Below are positions 40,493 through 54,143 of a stretch of 64,000 nt of DNA, one piece after another (position 1 is the first letter of the stretch; every line of letters begins with the position of its first letter). The position numbers and the translations under genes were made by a program. The notes beneath the pieces are model-generated. The model was given only the letters and a program-made list of their open reading frames with translations, was not told the origin of the DNA and searched no databases. The stretch spans positions 66,187,690 through 66,251,689 of the forward strand of contig NC_068991.1 of assembly GCF_001194135.2 (NCBI RefSeq), in the 5' to 3' direction. The DNA comes from Octopus bimaculoides (taxonomy: Eukaryota).

Positions 40493-41521
40493 CTGAAAAT
40501 AGATATACAAAAATACATGTTAAAATAGAAGTGAAGCTCTTAATTCTCAAAACCCAAATATATGAATAATTTGTGGTCGATTGGGGAATGGTGAAGTCAA
40601 ATTAATCTCAATACATTACTGATAATTATTTTATCACCCTCAGATTTATAAAAAGACAAAACCAATCCCAGCTAAGATTTGAACTCAGAATTTAGACAAA
40701 CAAAATTCAATACTGCAATGAATTTAGTTGGTTTTTCTAGTCTATTTTTACATTCAACTCCCAATGCATTGATTGAATTTTTGTTTACTAATGTGCGGGT
40801 GATAAAATATGCGAACCATATGAAGATCAATTCTCACAACATCTTTCTATTGGCCAGTAAATTCTCCACATTTCACATGACATCATGCATGTATGATGTC
40901 ATGTGAAATGTGGAGAATTTCAGAAAGAACACCACCATTCAAAAATGAATTAGCTTGACTCTGTGTCTCAAGAACCCATGCATAGAAACAACTAAACTCA
41001 GTTGCTGTGCTTTGTCTTCGTCTTTCAATTGCTAATTTCTCATCTATGATTGCAGGTCCTACACATAGTTGCAGTGCCAGCTAAATGATGAATTTCCCAG
41101 ACTAAGTTTGGCAAAAATGTAATTTGTTCTGTGAAGTGGGAAATCTCAAGACCAAGTATTCTATGTCTTGCATTTCATTCCCTACTGCCATCCTACTTTC
41201 CAATGATAGCGGCATTTCCACTCTTTACAGGGCTTCAGGATTTCACCGTGACCCTGGCAGGGTGACTGATGGGTACTATACCTTATTAAAAGGCTACCCA
41301 TGATTTTGTGTGAGACTGCTTATTAAGTATTCACAGCTAACCAGTATATCTACTAACCATTTCCCTATCTGCAAACTGAGGAGCCGATGGATGGGAGTTA
41401 CTGTCGCCAAACCGGTAACTTTACAGTAAAGTTTAATTGCATTTTTCTTATCTGCTGGGTCAGAGGGAAGATGTAAACTATTATGACTTAAAGACAAGTA
41501 AGTGAAGAAACATTAACTCAC

Positions 41522-41638
41522 TGAGCATTGATTTCAGACGAATAGCACACACAATGAAGTCCACAAATGTGATTGAACCGTCCTTGTTACTGTACCGCAT
41601 TACCAACGCTTGGAAGTTATTGTTACTCAATCTGAATC
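41522..41638 (-). CDS. Calpain domain IV exon: GFRLSNNNFQALVMRYSNKDGSITFVDFIVCAIRLKSML
   Basis: tttcAG|GA...CTCA|GTGAGT; 117 nt, phase 1-1. Confidence 0.96.
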
Positions 41639-42410
41639 CTGAAATATAATAGAAAATATGATTAATACACGTGTATATATATATATATAGCGAATGAATA
41701 CAAGAGCACAACACACAGCCTAGTATGGGAATTGAACTCACTACCTTATGATTGAGGGTCTGACACTCTAACCAGATAGGTGGAAGAACATTGTAGAAAG
41801 CAAAGGAGAGTATGCTTTAGATTAAAAAAGAACTTTATCTTAATTTTGAAAAATAAAAGGAGTATAAAAAAGCACATTATTTATGGGATGACCCTATATA
41901 TATTAATCAATGGAATTCCAACAAAGTCAGATTTTCACATTTTATTATTTACAATTGTCAGTTGTGGAACACAACTGTCTCTACTACTACATAAACCTGG
42001 CTCTAGCTAGAAAAATAAAGTTACAGAAGCATTGATAACAATTCAAAACCAAAAAAACTTGTGAGAGTAAGGCCTTCTCACAGTGAAACAAAATCTGAAT
42101 GGTTCGGTAGACCACATCCTGCATTATATGTCAGGCCTCTGACCAGGAACCCACAGGGGAGGCAGAAGGGAGGATATTGTAACAGCTGGAAGCAAGATAC
42201 TGAAGCAGAGCTGAAAAAAGCAGGGATCTGACTGGAGAGAAGCAGAAAAGTTATCCCAGAGTTGAGGGCAGAGGAGAAAAGTTGTTGATGGTCAATGTTC
42301 CATAGGGAACATAGGTCTTAAGTAATTAAGTAATAAGAGGTGATTAGCTACTCGAACCATATGTTAATTAGATTAATTCCTTATATGAATCAATGAGTAA
42401 ATAACTTTTA

Positions 42411-42770
42411 TCATCATCATCGTTTAACGTCCGCTTTCCATGCTAGCATGGGTTGGACGATTTGACTGAGGACTGGTGGACCAGGTGGCTACACCAGGCT
42501 CCAAATCTGATCTGGCAGAGTTTCTACAGCTGGATGCCCTTCCTAACGCCAACCACTCCGAGAATGTAGTGGGTGCTTTTACGTGCCACCGGCACGAAGG
42601 CCAGTCAGGCGGTACTGGCAACGGCCACGCTCGAAATGGTGTATTTTACGTGCCACCTGCACAGGAGCCAGTCCAGCGGCACTGGCAACGATCTCGCTCG
42701 AATGTCTACACGTGCCAGGAAGGTGACGTTGGTAACGATCACGCTCAAATGGTGCTATTTACGTGCCACT
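42411..42770 (+). repeat. Interspersed repeat family A ((CAT)n end; cagctggatgcccttcctaacgccaaccac core), probably a retroposon 3' end read antisense
   Basis: Related copies at about 5930-6170, 16212-16478, 17520-17672, 29087-29200, 39075-39140, 40255-40407, 43115-43285, 44250-44420, 45450-45640, 63662-63810. Confidence 0.8.
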
Positions 42771-42817
42771 TTGTAGATCATAAATTACTTCAGAATATAA
42801 AATAAATGTTTACTTAC

Positions 42818-42896
42818 CAGCGCTATGTAGTGCAGAGCGAAGTTCATGAGAATTCAGGTTTCCACTGGAATCTGCATCAAAGTCTTTGAAGACGGA
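42818..42896 (-). CDS. Calpain domain IV exon: SVFKDFDADSSGNLNSHELRSALHSA(G) (EF loop DADSSGNLNSHE)
   Basis: ttttcAG|TCC...GCTG|GTAAGT; 79 nt, phase 0-1. Confidence 0.96.
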
Positions 42897-43991
42897 CTGA
42901 AAATGAAGATGAAAAAAATACAATACATAAATGTCATTTTCTTTATATTTCAGGGAAGTCCTAAAAGGATACCTGACTGTTCTTTAATTCTATAATGCTT
43001 AGTATTCCTAAGCCATATGATTCCAAAGGGAACTTCTTAACCACATTATCATGAAAATACATCACACACCTTATAACCATATAATGCTATAATACATAAT
43101 TATATAATGTTCATCATCATTATCATCATCAACATTTAACATCTGTTTCCCATGCTGACATGTAAGGAACTGGTAAGGCCAAGGGCTTCACCTGGTTCCA
43201 TAGTCTGATTTGGCTTGGCTTCTACAGCTGGATGCCCTTCCTAATGCCAGTCACTTTACAGAGTGTACTGGGTGCTTTTTACATAGCTGTATTTTTACAT
43301 GATGGCTATATTTCCTATTATATATGATCCAGACCTGAAACATATGTATTACACAATCTCAAAATATCACAATTTTTTTTTTCACTTTGTGATATTCATG
43401 GAACTATATCTTCATATAATGTCTTGTATTCTTTCATTTAACTATATTGCATATCATCATATAATGATATCATATACTTTCATATAATGATATCATGTCT
43501 TTATATAAACATATGTCACACATTTTTTTGTGGGAGTGGTATACCTTTTATAAATATGTGAACATACTTTAACAGATTAACCCATTAAAAATAATGAAGG
43601 GAGCCAGGCTAAGCTTTGTAGAAAGGACATTTATCCTAAAGTCCTATTAGTAGTTTGAAAATGCATTTAAAGTACAAAGACAGTATAGTGGGGGAGTTTT
43701 AAGCACATCTACCTACGTAACTTACCATCACTTGAATTTGAGATAAGTTTGAAGGAGATGGAGATGTTCAGATTGTCTGCATGAAATGTTCCAGAAGACT
43801 ATGAGCATCATTGAGCTCCACAAAGTGAGAAAGGGAACTAGATATGTATCGCCAGAGTATATCCCATACTTTTGTATAATGCTATCATACACTTTCTCTT
43901 AACTATGTCAAACCTTGTCATATAAGTACATATACATCACACAAGTGTACAACGTATCATTATATATATTTTTCTTAACGTGTAAACATAC

Positions 43992-44060
43992 CTTCCATCT
44001 GCGAAGATCTTTCCAAAGAGTTTTGAATTCCACAAATCCCAGTTTTCCAGACATGTCACC
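43992..44060 (-). CDS. Calpain domain IV exon: GDMSGKLGFVEFKTLWKDLRRWK (EF loop DGDMSGKLGFVE)
   Basis: ctcAG|GGT...AAG|GTATGT; 69 nt, the size I recall for this exon in classical calpain genes. Confidence 0.95.
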
Positions 44061-45040
44061 CTGAGCGTTATGTTAAGGACAAATTCTGGTAACTTTGAGA
44101 AAATAACATAAAAACAAAGATAAATCAAAATATTTTAAATAACCCCCAAGGTTCCATAATTTCCCTGTAAAGAAAGAAATGGAATAGTTGATTGGCCCTG
44201 TCTCTACTTCCACCACCACCACCACCACAACTGCTATGCCAGCATGGACATCGGACGTTAAATGATGACGACGATGATGATGTTTGGCTTCTATACATGC
44301 ATGGATTGGATGCTTTCAAGGGGTCTGTTGAGTAAGGGGACTTTATCATGTACTAATACATGGTTTCTACAGCTGGATGCCCTTCCTAATGCCAACCAGT
44401 TTACAGAGCATACTGGGTACTTTTTTTATGGTACCAGCTCTAGCCATAATTGCCTAATTGGTATTTTATCTGTCCTTGTGATCTGAGTTCAAATTCTGCC
44501 ATGATCAACTTTTGCCTTCCATCCTCTCAGGGTTAATAAAATAAATACCAGTATTGCCGGCCTTGTGCAAAGATTTAAAACCAATATTTACTTCAGATAA
44601 TTATTATTAATGATGTATTCATTTTTTGGCAGCTGGGTGTGACAATTATGAGTAACGTATCATTAATTTCATAATGCACAATATAATTGAATTAATTAAT
44701 TCTGTATAAGATTACATGTTTTCCTTATATGGAAATATAATTATCTCACCAACAGCAGTAGAGACTTATATAATTACTGCTGCATTAAGTTTTTGTCTGT
44801 ACCAAATTGATTTCTCTCAAGGCTAGGATCACTAATTAAATTTTCGAGAAAAATTGTTATAAAATCATTAGGATAATTATCATACAGTGAGTGAAGGGAT
44901 AAACCTGTTGTCAAGTTTATTTTGCAACTACAGGGTCATAGGTTTGACCTCACTGTGTGGTACCTTAAGCAGGTGTCTTCTGCAATAACCTTTGGTTTGC
45001 TGAGGCTTATACTTTTTGAGGGAAACTATAGTAAGCCATT

Positions 45041-45424
45041 ACTCTTTTACTTGTTTCAGTCATTTGACTGCAGCCATGCTGGAGCACTGCCTTTAGTCGA
45101 GCAAATCGACCCCAGGACTTATTCTTTGTAAGCCTAGTACTTATTCTATCGGTCTCTTTTGCCAAACCACTAAGTTACGGGGACGTAAACACACCAGCAT
45201 CGGTTGTCAAGCGATGTTGGGGACACACACACACACACACATATATATATACATATATATACGACGGGCTTCTTTCAGTTTCTGTCTACCAAATCCACTC
45301 ACAAGGCTTTGGTCGGCCTGAGGCTATAGCAGAAGCCACTTGCCCAAGGTGCCACGCAGTGGGACTGAATCCGGAACCATGTGGTTGGTAAGCAAGCTAC
45401 TTACCACACAGCCACTCCTACGCC
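45041..45424 (-). mobile_element. tRNA-headed SINE, family B, well-preserved copy with internal (CA)/(TA) tract
   Basis: Reverse-complement similarity to the 4295 and 62828 copies; CpGs retained. Confidence 0.82.
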
Positions 45425-46652
45425 TACCATTGTTTATATATATATGTATCATCTTCATTGTTTAACGTTCTTCTTCCATGCTGGCATGTGTTGGATGGTT
45501 TGACAAGAGATGGCCAGGCAGTAGACTGCACCATGCTTCTGTGTTTGTTTTGGCATGGTTTTTTCAGCTGGATGCCCTTCCAAATGCCAACCACTTTACA
45601 GTGTGGATTGCATGTTTTTTAAGTGGCACTTGCACTGGCAGGTCACATATAAAATTAATGTGAGCAGCTGGGCACAATACAAACCATATAGGCAAAATTT
45701 AGTTGTCACTAATTGCTACAAGTACATATATTGCTAGAAATACTAGTTAAACCACTTAGAGATGCATAAAAGCACATTTATATATATTGATAGGGTAGAT
45801 AACTTCTCCATGAGTGAAGCAAAATTAGAACATTGGACTGCACAGTTTGATCCTAATGGGAATTGTCAAAAGTGTGCTTCCATTACTTCTATGGAACAGT
45901 TAATTCTCCCCGTCACACGGGACCTTGAAGATTGCTAGAAAGCAGGAAAGTATACTAGTCCTTATATATTTAATATTCAATATTTCATTTATTCAATAAG
46001 ACAATCAATACTCCATTTCATTTTACTATATATACTATATATTCCATATTCTATATCCTACATTAATTTTATAAGAATATTAATAAAACAAAAAACAGAG
46101 TTGGAATTCTTTTGAATAATATATATATATATTTGACATATGTATTTATGGCTGATTTAGCGAAATGCCAAATCATTTAGTATAAAATTAATCTGGGCAG
46201 CTGGATGCAATATAAACTGTATGGGAAAAATTTAGTCATATTGCTAGAAATAGCAGTTAAACCACTTATAACTGAGTAAAAGTACATTTATATAAGAGAG
46301 AAAAGAATATATCACTTATATAACACTACATGATCTATGTTATTGTTCTTATTTAGCCCGATGTTATCCTAACATTGCAGATGGTATTCCAACCATGACT
46401 ATTCCATCTTTTTTTCACACACAGTGTGGCAGAACTACATTATCCAATGTTTCCTGATTTTCTTTTTAATAAAAATATTGTGTAATAGGGAGACTTGACT
46501 GATATTTCTAGCAGGTTGGTTGATGATGTAGATATTGTCATGCTGTATAGAGGACACTCATGAACAGAAGACCAGAGGGGTCAGTCAGAATATAAAGAAA
46601 TGAAATTAAATCTACTTTAAAACATGTGTAATTACTCTTTGAAAAAGGATAC

Positions 46653-46711
46653 ATCGTGCATCGCGACCATGCTACGACAAGCCTCAATTCCGAAACCTTC
46701 AAACTGAAACT
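46653..46711 (-). CDS. Calpain domain IV (penta-EF-hand) exon: (E)[19 protein letters not shown]
   Basis: ttttcAG|AG...GAT|GTATCC; 59 nt, phase 1-0; matches calpain DGFSxETCRSMV motif. Confidence 0.93.
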
Positions 46712-46759
46712 CTGAAAACAGCAAAAGAGAAGTATTAATAATGATACAAGATAACATTC

Positions 46760-46926
46760 TGTACACATATATATACACATATATATATATATACACACAC
46801 ACACGCACACATATATATACATACATACATATATACACATATACATATACATATATACACACATATATACATACATACATACACACACACACATATATAT
46901 ACAAATATATATATATATATATACAT

Positions 46927-46983
<57 letters not shown>

Positions 46984-47545
46984 TAGATACATATATATGT
47001 GTATGTATATATATATATAAATATACACAGATAGATACATATATATGTGTTTGTATATATATATGTGTGTGTGTGTATGTATATATATATGCATGGCCAC
47101 AGTCAAATGACTGAAACAAGTAAATGAGTATATATATATGTGTATATATATATATATATAATATATATATATATATATAATATATATANNNNNNNNNNNN
47201 NNNNNNNNNNNNNNNNNNNNNNNNNNNNNNNNNNNNNNNNNNNNNNNNNNNNNNNNNNNNNNNNNNNNNNNNNNNNNNNNNNNNNNNNNNNNNNNNNNNN
47301 NNNNNNNNNNNNNNNNNNNNNNNNNNNNNNNNNNNNNNNNNNNNNNNNNNNNNNNNNNNNNNNNNNNNNNNNNNNNNNNNNNNNNNNNNNNNNNNNNNNN
47401 NNNNNNNNNNNNNNNNNNNNNNNNNNNNNNNNNNNNNNNNNNNNNNNNNNNNNNNNNNNNNNNNNNNATATAAATATACACAGATAGATACATATATATG
47501 TGTTTGTATATATATATGTGTGTGTGTGTGTATATATGCATGTAT
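46760..47545. repeat. Compound (TA)n/(CA)n microsatellite with internal duplication, spanning an N gap
   Basis: Direct reading; source of the spurious long YI/VC ORFs. Confidence 0.95.
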
Positions 47546-50075
47546 GTATGTGTGTTGACAATAAGGTATTAAAAATTATTTACATTATGCATGATTTATC
47601 AAATTAATTCATATTACATAGCCTATCAAGTGTATATCAATTGCATACAGTTAATATTTAATCAATTTATATCATATTCATATCAAGTTCTAATATCAAA
47701 TTAATAATATCTGATTGATATTCTAAATTAAATACTAAAATTTTGTGTACTGACTAAATAATTCTATTTAAATCATAAATTAATACCACAGTCTATATTG
47801 AAATTCAATATACACATTTGGTCTCATTAATCAACAGACAGAGAAGACAAAAAAATAGTAATCACTTCTGAATTTACAGAAGTAATACCAAAAACATTAT
47901 CATGAACAATTAAACATGATGAATATCATATAACGATATAATTAAAATGACAATGATAGATGATATAATATTTCCTGTGAATACATCATTGAAATGTACA
48001 GAAGCTGAAAAGATAATGATACATAATAATGATAATTTTTTTTTCTGTTTTCAAATTCACAGCATACAGTCAGAAATCCAGAGATGTTCAAGAGAGAAGT
48101 ATAATAGACTGAAATGACATCGGTGTAAAACTGGTACTTAATTAATTGACCCTGGAGGAATAAAATGTAAAGATGGCCCCAACATGATTTGAACTGAGAA
48201 TGATTAAGCATTTCCCTGTCTTATATAATAACTGTTTCTAATATATAACCCAAGGCCTAAAATTTGCAAGGCATGTCTGTCTTAGATAATTATATCAAAT
48301 CTTATCCTTGATTAGTACTTTATGGTATTGACCCTAGAAGGATGGAAGACCAAAATGACTGTGACTGGATTTGAGCACAGAATGTAAAGGAACAAAACAG
48401 TTTGTCAGCCTCTCTAAAGATCCTCCTGGATTTCTTGTATTTAACTTTTTAATGGCTTAGGGGAAGAAAGGCAGTGCTTGTGACTCTTTTCAGGACCCCT
48501 GTGTCTGATAGGAGTAAGGAAGTAAACTCTGCTAAAGGCACCCAAGAACCAAGGTTGTGATGTTTAAACCAAGCAACCAAAAGCAAGAATGGTCCTTCCA
48601 ATTGGTTTTCTATTGTTTCCATCTATCAAATTCCACTCACAAGTCTTTGGTTGACATGAAGCCATAATAAAAGCCACTTGCCCATAGTGCTGTGCAGTGG
48701 GATCAAACCTGAAACCACATAATTGCAGAGCAAATTTCTTAACCACACAGCCAAGCCGACATCAACAAGGTCTGACATGTTCAAGGGAAGAGTTTAGACC
48801 ATATTTGATAGCATAAAAAAATGCATGGATATATTAGATGCACCCCAATTTCCACAGCAGATATTTGGAAAAAAGGTTTCTAATACATTAAAGCTTATGG
48901 AAGGCTCAACTTTGCATATAGGACCTGGGGTAATTTTTTGAAGCATTTTTGTTTTTATACGAGATCAAATATAATAGTTGATTAGATTGGTCCCATGATA
49001 TGACTAGAAACTACTTTACTGATCCTGCCAACTAGGATTTGAACTCACAACAGATTCAAATTTAGAGAACAAGACTAAATACTATAAGGAACCATGTACC
49101 ATTTTCTGCTAAATCACTGCTTTTGTTGTTATGAAATAGGAAAGGAGCGAACAGCAGAATAGGAAGTGTTCTGGATAAAATGCTTTGCAGTATATAGTTA
49201 TGTTCTTTTATATTCTATGAGTAAAAAGTAAAGTGCTCAGTATACAATTATGTTAGAGTTTGTAGAATCTATTAGATGTGTGTATAAGGATAACTATATA
49301 TTTAGACTTGTATTAGGACTCTAGTGATCTATATGAACCTTGGTAGTATAAAACCTTGGTGTAGATGTACTTATACAACTATTTTCAAACAAACACATTT
49401 TTTACATCTATTTTTTTGTATGCCAGTGTTTGTGTAATGTTTTTCACAAATTCCTGTTTCCATATTAGCAGAGCAATTGTTTTATTTGAAACATTTTGTT
49501 AGTAAGCCACCCGTACTGCTCTTAGTTTCCTAATTCAAAATCTGTCATTTTGAAGTATTCATATTTAAATTAAAACATGCCATCAAAATTTTATATACAA
49601 TAATCTTTTGTTATGTTTCAAATACCAGATGGATGATTCTTTCTCTCTATGACACAAGGTCAGCAATTTTGAGGGGAAGGGTAACTGACTCCAGCACTTG
49701 ACTGGTAGTTATTTTACTGACTCCCAAAATGATGAAAGGCAAAGTTGGCCTTGATGGAATTTCAATTCAGAATATAAATAGCCAAAGGACATGCTGTTGG
49801 GCATCTTGTCTGACACACTAATGATTCCACCAGCTCCCTACTTTATAACACTAGATTAAAAATGGAAAAAAATAAAAAAGTTAATTATTTTTGGCTAAAA
49901 CTTTCCTAATTCATAAGTATTTTCACAATGCATTTAATACATAATTAGCGTGGTTCAGTAGAAATATAGTGTTGAAAGAGTTTAAAGACAAGTGTAATTT
50001 TCTCTTCATTCTAACCTCTCAATTGTAAAGCAGGAGTGGAACCTATTTATCAACCAGACAAACAAATAATGCAAG

Positions 50076-50115
<40 letters not shown>

Positions 50116-50616
50116 NNNNNNNNNNNNNNNNNNNNNNNNNNNNNNNNNNNNNNNNNNNNNNNNNNNNNNNNNNNNNNNNNNNNNNNNNNNNNNNNNNNNN
50201 NNNNNNNNNNNNNNNNNNNNNNNNNNNNNNNNNNNNNNNNNNNNNNNNNNNNNNNNNNNNNNNNNNNNNNNNNNNNNNNNNNNNNNNNNNNNNNNNNNNN
50301 NNNNNNNNNNNNNNNNNNNNNNNNNNNNNNNNNNNNNNNNNNNNNNNNNNNNNNNNNNNNNNNNNNNNNNNNNNNNNNNNNNNNNNNNNNNNNNNNNNNN
50401 NNNNNNNNNNNNNNNNNNNNNNNNNNNNNNNNNNNNNNNNNNNNNNNNNNNNNNNNNNNNNNNNNNNNNNNNNNNNNNNNNNNNNNNNNNNNNNNNNNNN
50501 NNNNNNNNNNNNNNNNNNNNNNNNNNNNNNNNNNNNNNNNNNNNNNNNNNNNNNNNNNNNNNNNNNNNNNNNNNNNNNNNNNNNNNNNNNNNNNNNNNNN
50601 NNNNNNNNNNNNNNNN

Positions 50617-50663
<47 letters not shown>

Positions 50664-51674
50664 CTCAAGAATACAATGAAACACTGCTGTAATGATGTGA
50701 TTTGAACTCTTACCAAAATGAACTAGACACTAGTCTAGTACCTTAATCTCACTACTGTTAATAACTCATAGAAAAATGGCATAAAATGATTTTTACTGTT
50801 GTAACAACAATTGATAGCAATCATATAAAGTAAATTAATCTGTGACTGTGTCATGAACCAGGAGCTGAAACTAGATATTTTACCAACATAAAAACAATAT
50901 TTATAACATTGATATTATTAATACAAAGCAAAACATATTACAGCAGGAAGCAGGGATGGTAAGGTAGCAGAATTTTTGTATTTACAATAATCAGCATCAC
51001 TATTTTATTTCTCCATTACATTACACAAATATAAATTGATAAAGCAAGTATGAAATTTATTTACTTAAAGTAAAATATGATTACTGGGTTAAACTATATA
51101 TACTTTAGGGGGTGGGGTCAGGGGGAAACCTGCTAATCTCTGATGTCACTTTATCCATACTGATTACATCAAGGAAGAGTTTCATTTTAGCAATTTATGA
51201 ACACAAAAAACTTTTATATAAGCTTTTATTTCTAAATGGTTTCAAGTTCTGACACAAGGCCAGCAATTTTAGGAGAGGGAGAAAGTTGATTACATCAGCC
51301 CCAGTGCTCAACCAGTATTTTATTTTATTGAACCCAAAAGCATGAAAGGCAAAGTCAACCTCAGTGGAATTTGAACTTGGAACAAAAGAACCAGAAGAAA
51401 TGCTGCTAAGCATTTTGTTCAACGCACTGATAGTTCTGCCAATTCACCACCTTCGTTAATTTCTTAATCATACAGTCTGTTATGAAGTACTAAAAAAGTT
51501 TCATTATAACCTTCGGTATCCTGGTGATTGACATAATTTCATTGTATCTGGAAGAGATGCTGTGGAATTGTCAAGGATCAGTAATAAGGTTGCAGAATGG
51601 CTAATGTCATTTTTCCAAACTCTTTCAATTTCAACTAATGGTCTCAGATCAAACCACTTTTCAAACAAATATAA

Positions 51675-51730
<56 letters not shown>

Positions 51731-52077
51731 AGACTGTCCCACCTTCATTCCAAAGGTCGTCTGCATGAGAGTCAAGCCTTTATTTTACACAATGCTATTA
51801 AACTGTATATTTCCTTTATTTACTACAATAATAATTGTCTTTGTTCTTTTGAATTTGCATAACTGAATATGAATAACTCCCCACAATACTTTATAATGTG
51901 TGTGTAGTTTTAAAAAAGTTCAGATATCTCAAGAATATGTAAGCTGACAAGATTCTTGTGGAGAATCTTATAATATTTGGAAAAGCAAACTATTTTCATA
52001 CCATCTCCATGTAAAATAATTCTTACCCCTCTTGCATATATATTCATTCTCACAGACATTGTACTAAACATTGTGGT

Positions 52078-52159
52078 TCATCCTTCTTCCCCTATTGCAG
52101 TAACATCCTTGCGGAACTTTTGCAATGCTCGCGTTTTCTCTTCACCAATTAACCTTAAC
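52078..52159 (-). CDS. Unidentified micro-exon gene, stop-containing exon: LRLIGEEKTRALQKFRKDVTAIGEEG*
   Basis: aaatgttttAG|G TTA AGG...GGA TGA; only the phase-2 frame is open and it matches the previous exon; higher GC than flanks. Confidence 0.72.
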
Positions 52160-52668
52160 CTAAAACATTTGAAACTTTGCGATAATGTTTAGAGAATCTA
52201 AGAACATGATTCAAATATATAAAAGTCTGTTTCCAGCCAACAGGCTCATTTAGCTGGGATTTATTCTGGTTTCCAAGGTGTTTAAGCCACCAAGACCACA
52301 AGATTTCATCCTGAATGAACAATAGTATTTGCAGGGTTAACCACCAGCAATTGTTGGTATTCATTATCAATTGAGTGAACTTGAGCAACATGAAATGATG
52401 TTCCTTGCTCAAAAACACGATGTGCCACTTGATTCAGGAATCAAACTCACAACCTTGTGACTGAGTGTCCAAAACTGCTACACATAAAATAGTCTAATGT
52501 ACCACCTGTGCAAGCATTTAGTTCTTCCTTCTACACTTGGTCCTTTCCCCATTCAGGTTTTTTTTTCCCTCAGATATTGAGGCTAGGCACCAACTTCCAT
52601 CTATCTTACCAACCTGAGAGTCCTTGAACTAATCATAAGCACTGCTTCACATCTTCTAATTGACTTAC

Positions 52669-52733
52669 AAATGAAAAAGATGGCTATATTCTTTTGATTT
52701 TGTATATATTTTATTCTGGTCAGCAACAGCAAC
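52669..52733 (-). CDS. Unidentified micro-exon gene, 65-nt exon: VAVADQNKIYTKSKEYSHLFH(L)
   Basis: tatgttAG|GTT...CAT TT|GTAAGT; phase 0-2. Confidence 0.7.
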
Positions 52734-52836
52734 CTAACATACCAATATCTATACCACAAACTAATCTACTCCTCCTAAAATTATCACAAGAATCAGCAGC
52801 CTACAGTATTAACATAAATCATATCTGTGGCATTTG

Positions 52837-53018
52837 CAGTGCCAACTTAAGGTAGATGCTATGGGTGCTGCAGCACCAAGGCCCAAAAAAAGACCACAAG
52901 TCCATGAATCTTTTGGGAAGAAGGAGCATATGGGAACACATAGTTTAACATGGTGGAGGGTGGAGGTCCACTTCTTAGGTACAGCCCCTGAGCATCTGAG
53001 CCCTTAAAGATGGCTCTG
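52837..53018. mobile_element. About 180-bp MITE-like element with imperfect CAG-starting TIRs
   Basis: cagtgccaacttaag ... cttaaagatggctctg; no clear TSD. Confidence 0.4.
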
Positions 53019-53581
53019 AGTGCTTGGCTCCAATTCAACAAATAAAGATCACAAAAGACTAAAGTTCACCTTAGCATTTTTTAAACTGTCATAATAAAGA
53101 GTAAGAAAATTAGAATAAAAGAAGCTACAAAGAAGTTAAATACTTATAAAATTTAAATAGTATCTCTTTGCATACACATCAGTTAAATAATGAAAGATTA
53201 AGACAACGTAATTATAATAGATTTTTGCTACAACAAAATTCACAGAGATAACATCACAACATTTTAGCTAAGGCAGGGTAGGACAACTAAGGAAACATTC
53301 CACAGAAGAGGTATTTCTACTCATTAAAGTTTGAGCTTTGTGGCTACAAAAAGAGTAGTCTATTAGAAATTTATTATCTTTATCATTATTATGATTACAA
53401 CTACTACTAATTACTAAATTTTGCTGTTTTACATCCATATTTTTCATGCTAGCATGAGTAGAATTGCTTTGAAAATAATGGTATTTACATAAAAATTGGT
53501 GGAGTATCTCGATATTTTTCTTGGCACTGAAATTCAAGTAGGCAAACTGAGGCAAGAAGAGCAATGTACCTAGGTTCTTAC

Positions 53582-53602
53582 TTGGGTGAAAGTGTTCAAG
53601 AA
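53582..53602 (-). CDS. Unidentified micro-exon gene, 21-nt exon: FLNTFTQ
   Basis: ctatttttaaatAG|TTC...CAA|GTAAGA; phase 0-0. Confidence 0.65.
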
Positions 53603-53769
53603 CTATTTAAAAATAGACCACCAGCCTGATATCACAACAGGTAACATGATGGAGGAAATATGAAGTTAAGACTATAAGAGTAAATGACAAGATTGTAGAG
53701 AGTTGAAGAAAGGGGATAAACAAGATCTATCATGAGAAGGTAAATAAATGTGAAATATCAGATTTATAT

Positions 53770-54143
53770 TGTTGTTGGCACGACGTTGAGGGTCCCAGTT
53801 GATCCGATCAACGGAACAGCCTGCTCGTAAAATTAACGTGCAAGTGGCTGAGCACTCCACAGACACGTGTACCTTTTAACATAGTTCTCGGGGATATTCA
53901 GTGTGACACAGTGTGACAAGGCTGACCCTTTGAATTACAGGTATAACAGAAACAAGAAGTAAGAGTGAGAGAAAGTTGTGATGAAAAAGTACAGCAGGGT
54001 TCACCACCATCCCCTGCCGGAGCCTCATGGAGCTTTAGGTGTTTTCGCTCAATAAACACTCACAACACCCGGTCTGGGAATCGAAACAGCGATCCTATGA
54101 CCGCGAGTCCGCTGCCCTAACCACTGGGCCATTGTGCCTCCAC
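53770..54143 (-). mobile_element. Full-length tRNA-derived SINE with 11-bp target-site duplication
   Basis: Head with A box (TGGCCCAGTGG) and B box (GGTTTCGATTCCC); short (CAA)n tail; TSD cagatttatat at 53759-53769 and 54144-54154; older fragment of the same family at about 1005-1135. Confidence 0.85.

Noticed and set aside
46538-50716. Longest ORFs in the track (150-268 aa), also at 60331-60834 and 16065-16397
   Set aside because: Artefacts of TA/CA microsatellites and N runs.
51511-51547. 37-nt AG/GT-bounded - strand segment (YNEIMSITRIPK) with the size and phase of a calpain linker exon
   Set aside because: Weak donor (GTTATA), peptide not acidic or calpain-like, and no neighbouring calpain exons found.
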